Assembly (NCBI GenBank): GCA_040754655.1
Contig: JBFMCE010000055.1
Span: 1-25,960 of the forward strand
Origin: Bdellovibrionota bacterium
GTDB lineage: Bacteria > Bdellovibrionota > UBA1018 > UBA923
Reading direction: 5' to 3'
Length of the DNA: 25,960 nucleotides
Position numbers and translations under genes: made by a program. The notes beneath the pieces are model-generated. The model was given only the letters and a program-made list of their open reading frames with translations. It did not search any database and had not been told where the DNA came from. Of the stretch, positions 9,013-18,443 are shown in pieces. Position 1 is the stretch's first letter, and each line of letters begins with the position of its first letter.

Positions 9013-10844
9013 CTCTTGAACAAGGCCTCGATTTGCGAGTAAGTCATGCGAATGCTCGCGGGCCTCCCGTGAGGGCAATTGAGAGAGGAAGGCGTTTGAT
9101 CCATGCTCTTCAGGAGTTCTCGCGCCTCATTGGGGCTTAAAGATTGACCCGCACGCACGCTACCGTGACAGGCCGCGGTTGAAAGCATGCGCTCGAGTTT
9201 CGCTGAAAGTCTGGAAGGGTCAGTGGCCATGATTTCCTTTGATTCTGAATCTTTTAACTCAGAAAGCAAAGATGAGAAAAGCTCATTTGCGCGTTCTGCA
9301 GGCAAATCCACCGGCGCGGACCGCACCAAGATGCAGTTGTCTCCGAATGCCTCGATTTCAAATCCGAGCTTTTCAAACGATTCGACATTCTCAAGCGCCA
9401 GAGCCACATCTTCGGCTTTGCACTTGACGACCGCTGAGATGAGGAGGGGCTGGGGCTTCAAACCCGATTCGAGAAAATCTGATTTGATCCGCTCGTAGTT
9501 GATCCGCTCGTGCGCCGCGTGTTGGTCAACGAGCACAAGTCCTTCGGCATCTTGAAAAAGCAGGTAGGTGTTTTTGAGTTGGCCGATATAGTGGAGTTTC
9601 GAGAACTCCGAGGCGAGATCACGGTCTTCTGCCACTTTCGTCGTCGTTCGTGGTGTTTCTGAAATCGCACCGGAAGCGGTCGATGCGGGGCGCGGTTCAA
9701 AATCGCTCTTTGTCTTGAAGACCGACTGCTCTGGCAACGAGAGCCTGGATTGAAACGGAGCATCGCTAGAGCTTGGCGTTTGAGCTGAAGCCGGCAACGA
9801 AGCTGAATAAAAAGGGCGCGTTGGCGTTTGAGAGAGTTTCTCCAGTGCTCCATAGATCAGTTGAAAAACATCTCTCGACCTGCGAAATCGAACCTCTGCT
9901 TTGGCCGGATGCACATTGACGTCGACTTCCTCTGGGGCCACTTGCACATCCAAGTAGATCTTGGGATATTCTCCCTCCATCATCCTTGGGCGCAACCCCA
10001 TCAAGACGGCTTGTTGGAGCAGTTTGTCGCGGACCATCCGACCGTTGACCGAAAGATAAACTTGTTTGCTATTAGAGACTCTGGCATTTCGATCAATCCA
10101 ACCTCTGATTTGGGTTTGTTCGAAAAGAGATTCAACCGTTTCGATCTCTTCGGGGTCAGTTTCAAATATGGCGGCGACTCGGCGCTCTATGGATGCTGGT
10201 TGCAGGTTCAGACTGCGTTTTCCCTCGCTAAAAAAGTGAAAGGCAATGCCCGGATTGCAGAGCGCGATGCGTTCAATCAACTCGCGGATGAACGCAGATT
10301 CGCTGTTTTTCGAACGCAAGAACTTGAGTCGCGCAGGAACGTTGAAAAACAAGTCTTCCACCGTGACGCAAGTTCCATGCGCGATAATCCCGCCATCTGC
10401 TAAGGTCTTCTCATCTTTTAAAAGCCTGCCACCTTCGAAATAAAGCAGTCTTCCATGCTCTTGGTCTGCGGTTTTCGTTTCGATCGTGAAACGAGAGATC
10501 GCTGCGATGCTGGGAAGGGCCTCGCCCCGGAACCCCATCGTAGAGAGATTCCAAAGGTCTTCAAGCTTCTGGATCTTGCTTGTGGCATGTCTTTCAAGGG
10601 CTATCGGAACCTCTGCGTAACGAATGCCATGTCCGTTGTCGCTTACGGCGATTCGCTTTCTGCCTCCATCCTCAATCTCTATGCGAATAGCCCTTGAGTT
10701 GGCATCGATGGCGTTCTCAATAAGCTCTTTGATGGCTGAACCCGGGCGTTCGATGATCTCGCCCGCGGCGATTTTCTCGGCGAGTTCGCGCGGCAACACT
10801 TGAATGGAAGAAGGATTCTTGGGGAAGGCGTTTGCATTGGGCAT
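9009..10844 (-). CDS. mutL: DNA mismatch repair protein MutL (endonuclease-type)
   Basis: IAAGEIIERP, KELIENAIDA, GFRGEAL, DVNVHPAK. C-terminal DQHAAHERINYE, AACH and CPHGRP endonuclease motifs. Confidence 0.98.
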   Translation of the reverse strand: MPNANAFPKNPSSIQVLPRELAEKIAAGEIIERPGSAIKELIENAIDANSRAIRIEIEDGGRKRIAVSDNGHGIRYAEVPIALERHATSKIQKLEDLWNLSTMGFRGEALPSIAAISRFTIETKTADQEHGRLLYFEGGRLLKDEKTLADGGIIAHGTCVTVEDLFFNVPARLKFLRSKNSESAFIRELIERIALCNPGIAFHFFSEGKRSLNLQPASIERRVAAIFETDPEEIETVESLFEQTQIRGWIDRNARVSNSKQVYLSVNGRMVRDKLLQQAVLMGLRPRMMEGEYPKIYLDVQVAPEEVDVNVHPAKAEVRFRRSRDVFQLIYGALEKLSQTPTRPFYSASLPASAQTPSSSDAPFQSRLSLPEQSVFKTKSDFEPRPASTASGAISETPRTTTKVAEDRDLASEFSKLHYIGQLKNTYLLFQDAEGLVLVDQHAAHERINYERIKSDFLESGLKPQPLLISAVVKCKAEDVALALENVESFEKLGFEIEAFGDNCILVRSAPVDLPAERANELFSSLLSELKDSESKEIMATDPSRLSAKLERMLSTAACHGSVRAGQSLSPNEARELLKSMDQTPSSLNCPHGRPASIRMTYSQIEALFKR

Positions 10845-10954
10845 GAGCTACTTTCTAGTCAGGAAGTGGCGCGTTTGTAAATATCATCAATTTGTGAGGG
10901 TAGATTGTCAGCGACTACTGGCTATGGTAGGGCGGTCGATAAGGGGTAGTATAG

Positions 10955-11809
10955 ATGGTGGCTTGTTTAAGCCCGAAGGCTCGCAGTGTGCTTTTTAGCA
11001 TGCTATTGACGTGCCTATTTTTGATGAGTTCGCAGGCCTCTCAGGTGGCATCGGCGGCTGAAACTGGGGTAGCTTCGCGCTGTTCCGAGTTGCTGCAACG
11101 TTACAGCACCAAGTTTTCTCGGTGGAGATCGCTAGAGAAGGCGGTTTTGCATACTCCTCTTTTGTTTCGAACCAGGCCATTAGAAGCATCAAACCATGAT
11201 GCCCATTGGCGCCAGTTCTTGCGCCATGTCCTTTTAGAGGGAGAAGCTGGGCGGCAAGAGCTTCAACGGATCTTAGATTACTTGGTCGATCCATATCTCT
11301 CGCGAGATCCCACGGCTGCGGAGCAGCTTTTCTGGCGAAAGTGGGCGAGTCGTTGGAGGTTGGGAGAGGCAGCTGGTTCGGAATTGGAAAATATGGCGCA
11401 GGTCCGCCGCAATTTCGCTCAGGGTATTGAAACCCTGACGATGGTGGATACGATCACCAAACAATCGGAGCATCCAACCAACTATGCTGTCGAAGTGATT
11501 CTTTTTATCATTGGAAAAATGCAACCTGGGCCTAAGCATGGTGGCGGTCAACCTGTGCAAAGAGAGATGTTGAATGCCATGGTGTCAGCGGTGGAAAGCG
11601 CCGTAATAAACCAGATAGACACTTTAGCCCTGACTCGTTTCCTGGATGTACTTTCGAGAAGCCCGCTTCAAGCTGAGTTCGCAAACGACGCTGATCTTGT
11701 GCGTAGGCTCACAGTCACGTTGCCAAAAGAAATTGAAACTCGATTTCCCGAGAGTCTGCCGAGTGCTAGTTTGTTTGAACGGGTGGCTAGCCCTGCTTCC
11801 GTCAAGTAA
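10955..11809 (+). CDS. Hypothetical exported protein
   Basis: 284-aa ORF filling the gap between mutL and a convergent gene; signal-peptide-like N-terminus; no recognised domain. Confidence 0.7.
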   Translation: MVACLSPKARSVLFSMLLTCLFLMSSQASQVASAAETGVASRCSELLQRYSTKFSRWRSLEKAVLHTPLLFRTRPLEASNHDAHWRQFLRHVLLEGEAGRQELQRILDYLVDPYLSRDPTAAEQLFWRKWASRWRLGEAAGSELENMAQVRRNFAQGIETLTMVDTITKQSEHPTNYAVEVILFIIGKMQPGPKHGGGQPVQREMLNAMVSAVESAVINQIDTLALTRFLDVLSRSPLQAEFANDADLVRRLTVTLPKEIETRFPESLPSASLFERVASPASVK

Positions 11810-11811
11810 AG

Positions 11812-14800
11812 TCAGTCCGCAACGTAGGCGGTACTAGGAGCCGTGAAGCTTGTGCTCCAGCGCACGATCTGACTGATTCGAACTTCATCTACGCGTCCGG
11901 CGAGATATTCACCGGCTTCGCTGCGGGCGATCCTCAGGCTCGCGTTGCTGTCAAAAAGCTGAGCTGATCCCACGGTACCGATCGTGCCAGTTCCCTGTTG
12001 AGTGCCGTTGTAATAAAAGGCGACGGCGCCCTGATTGAAAGTCACAGCAAGATGCCTGAAGTTCGCTGTGCCAGGCGATGGAAGCGCAGTAGACGTGACG
12101 GTGACTATGTTTGTCCCATCAAGGCTGCCAACCAATACTAAGTAGTAGTTTGATCCTGTGCGGGTGATCTTGAATTCCCAGCTTCGCTGCCCAGCAGCGC
12201 CCGATTTGCTGGCAATCGTTCGATATTGACCCGCAGAAGGGAGTGAGCTGAACCTCACCCAAGCTTCAACAGTAAGTTGACGGCGCGCTGCGCTGAGCGA
12301 TGAACTGGTGGTCTTCGAGAGAAATTGCGATGTTCCGTTGAAGAGAACAGATTGTCCGAATCGCGCTGTTGAATTTGAGGTGGCGGTATTGTTGTTGGTG
12401 AGTGCGTTGTTGTTCGCGCCAGTGTACGATCCGCTGTCAACGAGCAGTCCTGGTGTTGCGTCGAAGTGGTAGAGTGCCACGGCGTTATAGGCTTGTTGAG
12501 TCCATGCATGAGTGGCGGGTGAGCTTTCGATGTTGCCGGCGCCGTCGATTGCCCGTACCGAGAACGTTCTCGCGCCATTGGCGGGCGCCGTGATGGTATG
12601 CGGAGACGTGCAAGGCGCATAGGCAGCGGCATCCAAGCGACACTCGAAGGTTACGCTTGATTCATTTGAGCTAAAGACGAACTCGGCGATCCGGCTTGCG
12701 TTTGGAGAAGCAGGGCCAGTCGCTATGGTGGTGTCTGGTTCCAGGGTATCGCGTATCCATTGCGTGTTCACTAAGCCAGAGTCAATGCCGTTTGTGCCTG
12801 TTTGGTGAACCGAGAAATCAAAGGTCCCGTCAACCGATTTGCTCACGATGAAACTATAAGCTGAGCCAGAACAGGCCGTCGTAAGTTGATTGGCAGGCGT
12901 GGTGACTTCGGAAGCGATCACATCGCCGCTAAGCGTGACCGTGTTCGAGCCTTGGCAGGCGCCAGCGATGGTGACGCTCGCTCCATTTGAGCGAAACGGG
13001 CTTGAAGCAGGCGAAGTGACGGTCGGATTCGATGGTGCGACTGAATCGCGGATCCACTGCTGCGTAGAGGCCGCTGAGGCATTGCCCGCACGGTCAGTTT
13101 GTGAAACTGAGTAATTGTGGGTTCCGTCAGCTTCGCTGACAGTGAAGCTGAATGCGCCAGCCGCGCAGGTCGTTGACTGCGCATCGTCTCCAGAGAGATT
13201 TACAGTAGCGTCTGCCTCGCAGGTTCCGTTCAAACTAAGATTGCCCGCTGATGTGTAGGGGCTTGCGGCAGGTGCTACGATGATCGGTGCTGCTGGAGCC
13301 GCGGTATCACGAATGAAAACCAACGAAGCTTGCGCAGAATCGATCCCAGATGCAGAAGTCTGCCTTACATAGAAGTTATACGTTCCGTCGGTCGGCGTGC
13401 TGACGGTGAAGCTGTATGACGATGTCGCGCACGTCGTGGTTTGGGCCTCATTTCCACTCAACGTGACGGAAAGACCCGTGGTGCAAATGCCCGAAATGAC
13501 CGAAGTCGCTGAAACAGAGTTTGAATAGTAGGGGCTTGTCGCGGGCGAAGCAATCGTTGGAGTCGCGGGCGCTGACGTGTCTCGTATCCACTGAAAAGCT
13601 TCTGCGGCGGAAGGATTTCCGGCACGATCAGTCTGGATGATCGAATAGTTGAAGGTGCCGTCCGAAGATTGCGAGAGATTGAAACTATAAGCGCTGTTGG
13701 CACAAGTCGTGCTCGCCGTTGACGCTCCAGTGAGATTTACCGTGGCTCCATCCTCGCACGCTCCTGATAAAGCTAAACTCGAGCCCGAAGAAACGTGCGG
13801 GTTCGTGACGGGTGCTGTGATTGTTACGGCAAGAGGGCTTGCCGTATCACGAATCCAAGCCGCTTGAGCTGCCGCGGAGGTATTGTTCAGCGCGTCGGTC
13901 TGTGTGACCGTGAAGTTATAGGTTCCGTCGGTTGAGCGATTGACGGTGAAGCTATAACTTGAGCTAGGTGCGGCTGTGCATACCATGTTCTGCGTTTCAT
14001 CGCCGGCAAGGTTCACGGTATTGCCACTGACGCAACCGCCGCTGATCACGAGTGAAGATTGATTCGAGTAATAAGGACTCGGCGACGGGCTAAGCACGGT
14101 TGGCGTCGGAGGGAGCGAAGTGATTCGTACCCACTGAAGCGCAGTAGGGCTTGAAGTGTTGTTTGCGGTGTCGGTTTGCGAAACCATGAAGTTGTAAGTG
14201 GCATCAACAAATCGGTTTACGGTGAATGAGTAAGTGCCAGCGCTTTGGCAAACCACTGAGTCCGTGGCGTCTCCGGCAAGGTTTACCGTAGCTCCCGCCT
14301 CGCAGCCGCCTGAGATGACAAGGTCGGTGTCGGAAGAGGAATAAGGAGTCGTGGGCGGTTGAGTGATCGTCGGAGCCGAGGGACCGCCAGTATCGCGCGT
14401 CCAAACCACCGGAACTGGTGAAGACTCGACAAGAGCCGGGCTCGTTTGAAGCAGGCTGAAATTGTAGGTTCCATCGCTGGTGCGATTGACGGTAAAGTCG
14501 AACTCATTGTCGTTGCACATCGCGACCCGAGTGGGGCCATCGCCAATAAGGCTTACGGCATAGCCGTTATCGCACCGGCCCTCGATAGTAAGAGAAGAAG
14601 TGTTCGTGGTATGCGGGCTCACCGCCGGGGTTACAACAAGGGGAATCCCTGTAACTTCGCCATTCCCTCCGGGAATGGAGATGCCGCCGGGCAGTCCGCC
14701 GCCGCCGCCACCTCCGCCGCCTCCAGAGCCGCCTCCAGGGCTTGCTTTACATGCGCCGAGTAGCAAAGAAACTATGGCTAGCAAGACAACCAATACGGCA

Positions 14801-14868
14801 CTGGAATCTATGCACCGTGTTTGAAGGCCGATAGAATCTGCGATTGGTTTTTTTGATCCCCTGGCCAT
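11812..14868 (-). CDS. Large surface lipoprotein: Gly linker, Ig-like repeats, C-terminal LamG/ConA-like domain
   Basis: Lipobox LLGA-C40, poly-Gly linker, seven ~90-aa repeats ending in (W/F)xRD(T/S) or WVRIT, one further Ig-like unit (FECRLD..CTSP..VRAIDGAGN), then LamG motifs (ALYHFD, LTVEAWV, RHLAVT, GRVDEVRIS). Confidence 0.88.
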   Translation of the reverse strand: MARGSKKPIADSIGLQTRCIDSSAVLVVLLAIVSLLLGACKASPGGGSGGGGGGGGGGLPGGISIPGGNGEVTGIPLVVTPAVSPHTTNTSSLTIEGRCDNGYAVSLIGDGPTRVAMCNDNEFDFTVNRTSDGTYNFSLLQTSPALVESSPVPVVWTRDTGGPSAPTITQPPTTPYSSSDTDLVISGGCEAGATVNLAGDATDSVVCQSAGTYSFTVNRFVDATYNFMVSQTDTANNTSSPTALQWVRITSLPPTPTVLSPSPSPYYSNQSSLVISGGCVSGNTVNLAGDETQNMVCTAAPSSSYSFTVNRSTDGTYNFTVTQTDALNNTSAAAQAAWIRDTASPLAVTITAPVTNPHVSSGSSLALSGACEDGATVNLTGASTASTTCANSAYSFNLSQSSDGTFNYSIIQTDRAGNPSAAEAFQWIRDTSAPATPTIASPATSPYYSNSVSATSVISGICTTGLSVTLSGNEAQTTTCATSSYSFTVSTPTDGTYNFYVRQTSASGIDSAQASLVFIRDTAAPAAPIIVAPAASPYTSAGNLSLNGTCEADATVNLSGDDAQSTTCAAGAFSFTVSEADGTHNYSVSQTDRAGNASAASTQQWIRDSVAPSNPTVTSPASSPFRSNGASVTIAGACQGSNTVTLSGDVIASEVTTPANQLTTACSGSAYSFIVSKSVDGTFDFSVHQTGTNGIDSGLVNTQWIRDTLEPDTTIATGPASPNASRIAEFVFSSNESSVTFECRLDAAAYAPCTSPHTITAPANGARTFSVRAIDGAGNIESSPATHAWTQQAYNAVALYHFDATPGLLVDSGSYTGANNNALTNNNTATSNSTARFGQSVLFNGTSQFLSKTTSSSLSAARRQLTVEAWVRFSSLPSAGQYRTIASKSGAAGQRSWEFKITRTGSNYYLVLVGSLDGTNIVTVTSTALPSPGTANFRHLAVTFNQGAVAFYYNGTQQGTGTIGTVGSAQLFDSNASLRIARSEAGEYLAGRVDEVRISQIVRWSTSFTAPSTAYVAD
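12745..14640 (-). repeat. Seven tandem Ig-like protein repeats, each with two Cys
   Basis: Consensus P..IT.P...PY.S....L.ISG.C..GATV.L.GD......C...YSFTV....DGTYNF.V.QTD..GN.S......W.RDT. Confidence 0.85.
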
Positions 14869-14926
14869 AAAACGTCCCGTTACCCCTTATGAAGACCTGA
14901 TCCGAAAACCTGATCTCAATACAAAA

Positions 14927-14955
14927 AGTTTATATTTGTGGACCTCCAAGGTCAA
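14927..14955 (-). promoter_or_regulatory. Sigma70-type promoter for the Ig/LamG lipoprotein gene
   Basis: Minus strand TTGACC (14955-14950), 17-nt spacer, TAAACT (14932-14927), about 60 nt upstream of the ATG. Confidence 0.6.
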
Positions 14956-14959
14956 CTAT
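14935..14959. promoter_or_regulatory. Palindromic operator-like site 3
   Basis: Minus strand ATAGTTGACCTTGGAGGTCCACAAA (TTGAC-N7-GTCCA), overlapping the -35 box. Confidence 0.5.
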
Positions 14960-15105
14960 ATCTTGATATTTCTGTGACAATTTTTCCTAGTTAAAACAAA
15001 TACTTATCGACGATTGGAAGGGGTTTATTAAGTTAAATTAAGTTATGAATGGCCTGCATACAAGAGGTTGTATTTGCCCGTATCATGAAATCAAGGAGTT
15101 AGGAC

Positions 15106-16023
15106 TTATCCCGCGGTGCAGACTTGGTTTCGTCCGCTGCTCTTGGCCTGGTAAACGGCTTTGTCAGCGAGCTTGAAGAGAGCGGTATGGCTGTCAACGT
15201 CGAGCGCAAGCTCGGCGACTCCCACGCTTGTCGTTACTGAAATGCGCTTATCGTCGTATTTGAAGTGAAATTTTTCAATGGCTGATCGCACTTGCTCGCC
15301 CACTTGAGTGGCGGCTTCCAAAGACAAGCCCGGAAGCAAGACCAAGAACTCCTCTCCGCCATATCGCCCTAGGATGGCTTCTTTTGGGAGGATTTTTGTG
15401 CGCACCAAATTGCAAAATTCCTTCAATACATAGTCTCCGGCATGGTGCCCATGCTGGTCGTTGATGCGCTTGAAGTAGTCGAGGTCCATGACAATGAGCG
15501 AGAGGTCTTGGTGAAGGGCCTTGGCGCGCTTAAACTCCGCCTCAAGCGACTCCATGATGTAGCCACGATTATAAACGCGGGTCAGCGGGTCAGTATGGGC
15601 TGCGCTTTCCAAGGTGCCCAGAAAGAAAATCTCAAGCTCGCCCGCGGGCAAGTACTTTAAGATCGTGCTTCCGATTTTGATCATGTCTTCTTTGCGAAGC
15701 GTGATCGATTCTTTGACGGGTTTGTCGTTGACGAAGGTACCGTTGGTCGAGTTGTTGTCTCTGATCTGAACGGTGCTCCCTTGCTTGATCACCTCGGCGT
15801 GTTTTCGAGAGGCGTTTTGGTCGTTGATGACGATATCCGCCGACACGTCGCGACCAATAAACATATTTGATTTTGAGATCTCAAAGCTCTTTCCCTGATG
15901 GGTGCCCCGAATGATGATCAAACAAGGAGGGTGATCTTTGGCAGCTTCTCTTTCAGTTTTTAGGGTATCTGATTCGCCTTTTAATATCGCTGTCTTATCA
16001 CCAGAGTCGCCTTGTTGAGACAT
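15106..16023 (-). CDS. FHA-GGDEF diguanylate cyclase (DgcB-like)
   Basis: FHA motifs IGRD, SRKHA, STNGTFVN. GGDEF domain with DPLT.VYNR, DLDYFKRIND.HGH.AGD, RYGGEEF, AK.SGRN. Confidence 0.93.
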   Translation of the reverse strand: MSQQGDSGDKTAILKGESDTLKTEREAAKDHPPCLIIIRGTHQGKSFEISKSNMFIGRDVSADIVINDQNASRKHAEVIKQGSTVQIRDNNSTNGTFVNDKPVKESITLRKEDMIKIGSTILKYLPAGELEIFFLGTLESAAHTDPLTRVYNRGYIMESLEAEFKRAKALHQDLSLIVMDLDYFKRINDQHGHHAGDYVLKEFCNLVRTKILPKEAILGRYGGEEFLVLLPGLSLEAATQVGEQVRSAIEKFHFKYDDKRISVTTSVGVAELALDVDSHTALFKLADKAVYQAKSSGRNQVCTAG

Positions 16024-16032
16024 AACTATAGG

Positions 16033-17313
16033 CTATGTCACCTGGTTTTTTTTGCAAGCCCGGATGCGTTCTTGCGTGAGCTTCTTGCCCTCTTCCACGC
16101 CGGGTTGATCAAAAGGATCGATTTCAAGGCAATACCCCGCGACGGCGGTCAGGACTTCAAAGAAATAAAGCAACTGTCCCAGAGTGTTTGCATTGAGTCG
16201 CGGAAGTGAAACCGTGAAATACGGGCGCTTGTTGTTGGTAAGTACTTGGCGGGTCGCATTAAATTCAGCGTCCATCAATTGGTTGAGAGTGATTCCGCTG
16301 ACCGCTTCGAAAGCATCAAGCCTTGGACCCTGCCACTTGAGTTCTAGTAGATGTTGGAATCCCATGATCTCGACGAAACCCACTACCTTGTCATGCGGCC
16401 CATCGCGAAGAAGTTGCAAAATTGAGTGTTGGTCCGTGGCGCCCGTCGCTGGGATAGGAGTCATCCCTTTTTCGCCTTTGCCCAAGCTTTCCGCCCAGAG
16501 TTGCGTAAACCAACTGCTTAAGCATTTCAACTTTTGCGAGTAAGGCATGAGCACAGTGATGTTTCGATCGTGCCTAAGATAGTGTTGTACCAGGCGGTAG
16601 GCGAGGTCAACGGCGGCTGGCACTTGTTTTTCAGAGATCTGCTTCAGAAAGTTCTCGCGATATTCGTATGCGCCCCTGAGCAGCCCTTTGCAGTCAATTC
16701 CGGCCACGAGAGCAGGAAAAAGCCCCACCGGGCCTAACGCCGAAAAGCGGCCTCCCAGGTTTGTGGGGATATCGAATGTGGGAACGTTCCATTGGCCAGC
16801 CAACTGCCTGAGCGCTCCTTTATCGGGGTCGGTGCAAAAAACGAGGTGTTTCTTCGCTGTCTCAGCGCCTAGGTGTTTCTCAAGCCACTGATAGATGAAG
16901 ATCAGCTGAGAAAGAGTCTCCATCGTGGTGCCCGATTTCGTGACGGCGTAGACCAAGGTTCGAGCAGGTGCTGTTTGCTCGAGCACATCCCAAAGATGAT
17001 CTGGGTCGATGTTGTCTAAAAAATGAAACGTCGGGGCTTTCACCGGAGCGAGCGCTCGGATGATGGTTTCGGCGCCAAGGCTTGATCCACCTATCCCTAA
17101 GTGAATGAAGGTATCGACCTCAGGCATCCTCTGAGCCAGGCTGGGTTGGAGTCGTTCGATTTCTTGAGCCCACGACGACCTTGCCGGCAAATGAAAAAAG
17201 CTTGAGCGGTCCGCGTCCATGTCCGCGATGAACTTTTGCAGCGCGGGCTGAGCCTTATCGTAAGAGGTCTGTTCGACTAAAAGCTGATCTGTTTCAACCC
17301 GAATGAGGCTCAC
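16033..17313 (-). CDS. pgi: Glucose-6-phosphate isomerase
   Basis: GIGGSSLG, TKSGTTMET, GGRFS, QLWAESLGK, DQHS.LQ, FDQPGVEEGK. GTG start overlaps the upstream stop. Confidence 0.95.
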   Translation of the reverse strand: MSLIRVETDQLLVEQTSYDKAQPALQKFIADMDADRSSFFHLPARSSWAQEIERLQPSLAQRMPEVDTFIHLGIGGSSLGAETIIRALAPVKAPTFHFLDNIDPDHLWDVLEQTAPARTLVYAVTKSGTTMETLSQLIFIYQWLEKHLGAETAKKHLVFCTDPDKGALRQLAGQWNVPTFDIPTNLGGRFSALGPVGLFPALVAGIDCKGLLRGAYEYRENFLKQISEKQVPAAVDLAYRLVQHYLRHDRNITVLMPYSQKLKCLSSWFTQLWAESLGKGEKGMTPIPATGATDQHSILQLLRDGPHDKVVGFVEIMGFQHLLELKWQGPRLDAFEAVSGITLNQLMDAEFNATRQVLTNNKRPYFTVSLPRLNANTLGQLLYFFEVLTAVAGYCLEIDPFDQPGVEEGKKLTQERIRACKKNQVT

Positions 17314-18443
17314 GAGCTCAAACTCCTTCCGATGACGAGACGTTGGATTTGATTCGTACCTTCAACGATCTGCATGACTTTTGCTTCACGCATATAACGC
17401 TCTACCGGATACTCTTTGGTGTAACCGACTCCGCCGAGAACCTGCACCGCATCGGTGGTGATCCGCATCGTAGAGTCTGTCGCGAAAAGCTTTGCGGCAG
17501 CGGCTTCACGCGTGAAAGGTTTGCCCAAGTCTTTGAGCGTCGCAGCTTGGCGCACCAATAAGCGTGAGGCCTCAAGTGAAGTGTACATATCGGCCAACAT
17601 GAACTGAATTCCCTGAAAGTCAATGATGGCCTGGTCAAATTGTTTTCTACCCCTGGCATATTGAACGCAGTATTCAAGGGCCGCGCGCCCTAAACCTACG
17701 GCCGAAGCTCCGATGGTGATGCGCCCGCTATCGAGGGCTGTCATCGCAATTCGAAATCCCATGCCTTCTTGGCCGACCAAATTCGATGAGGGTACCTTCA
17801 CGTCTTCCAAAATCAGTTCGCATGTTGGGGAAATATTGATCCCCATCTTGTGTTCAAGCTTTCCTGCCCGAAATCCTGGGGTGCCTTTTTCTACGATGAA
17901 CGCCGAAACCCCGCGTGCGCCCTCTGCGCCTGTTCGTGCGAATACGATTGCAGTGTCGGCGACGTTGCCTTGGGTCGTCCAGAGCTTGGTGCCATTTAAG
18001 ATGTATTCGTTTCCTCTTTTGACTGCGCGGGTTTTCAAGCTAGCGGCATCAGAACCGCTATGGCTTTCAGAAAGGCTAAACGCCCCGATGTGCTCGCCGC
18101 GAGCAAGCGGAGGAACGTATTTTTCCTTCTGCTCTTTGGATCCAAAAAGATTCAAAATGATCTGTGGGAGCCCGCTTACGGCGACACTCACCGCGTAAGC
18201 AACGCTTGCAGTCGCGATTTCTTCAAGCGCCAGCGTGTATTCAAGATACCCAAGCCCCGCGCCATCGTATTCGGCAGGAGTTGGGATCCCGGTGAGCCCG
18301 AGTTTTCCTAGCTCAGCGATCACTTCACGTCGAAAAATTCCCTCTTCTTCGTCCTTTTCGACGATAGGTGAGATGATCTGTTTCGTGGCCTTCGCAGCCA
18401 ATTCCTTAAGCTGGGCTTGTTCTTCCGAAAGCGCCATGTTCAT
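17310..18443 (-). CDS. Acyl-CoA dehydrogenase (short/branched-chain type)
   Basis: FSLSE..SGSDA, LNGTKLW, R.QF...I.DFQ, GG.GY..EYPVERYMREAK, QIVEGT (C-terminal catalytic Glu). Confidence 0.95.
   Translation of the reverse strand: MNMALSEEQAQLKELAAKATKQIISPIVEKDEEEGIFRREVIAELGKLGLTGIPTPAEYDGAGLGYLEYTLALEEIATASVAYAVSVAVSGLPQIILNLFGSKEQKEKYVPPLARGEHIGAFSLSESHSGSDAASLKTRAVKRGNEYILNGTKLWTTQGNVADTAIVFARTGAEGARGVSAFIVEKGTPGFRAGKLEHKMGINISPTCELILEDVKVPSSNLVGQEGMGFRIAMTALDSGRITIGASAVGLGRAALEYCVQYARGRKQFDQAIIDFQGIQFMLADMYTSLEASRLLVRQAATLKDLGKPFTREAAAAKLFATDSTMRITTDAVQVLGGVGYTKEYPVERYMREAKVMQIVEGTNQIQRLVIGRSLSS

Noticed and set aside
9013..9078. N-terminal extension of miaA inside mutL
   Set aside because: Family similarity starts at MKVISLIGPTASGKS (9012), with an ATGA overlap.
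9828..10403. 191-aa antisense ORF in mutL, and similar shadow ORFs (8452-8958, 17713-18198, 20242-20739)
   Set aside because: They lie fully opposite well-supported genes and show no protein motifs.
14697..14735. GCC-rich simple repeat as a phase-variation tract
   Set aside because: Imperfect trinucleotide repeat encoding a Gly linker; slippage would stay in frame.
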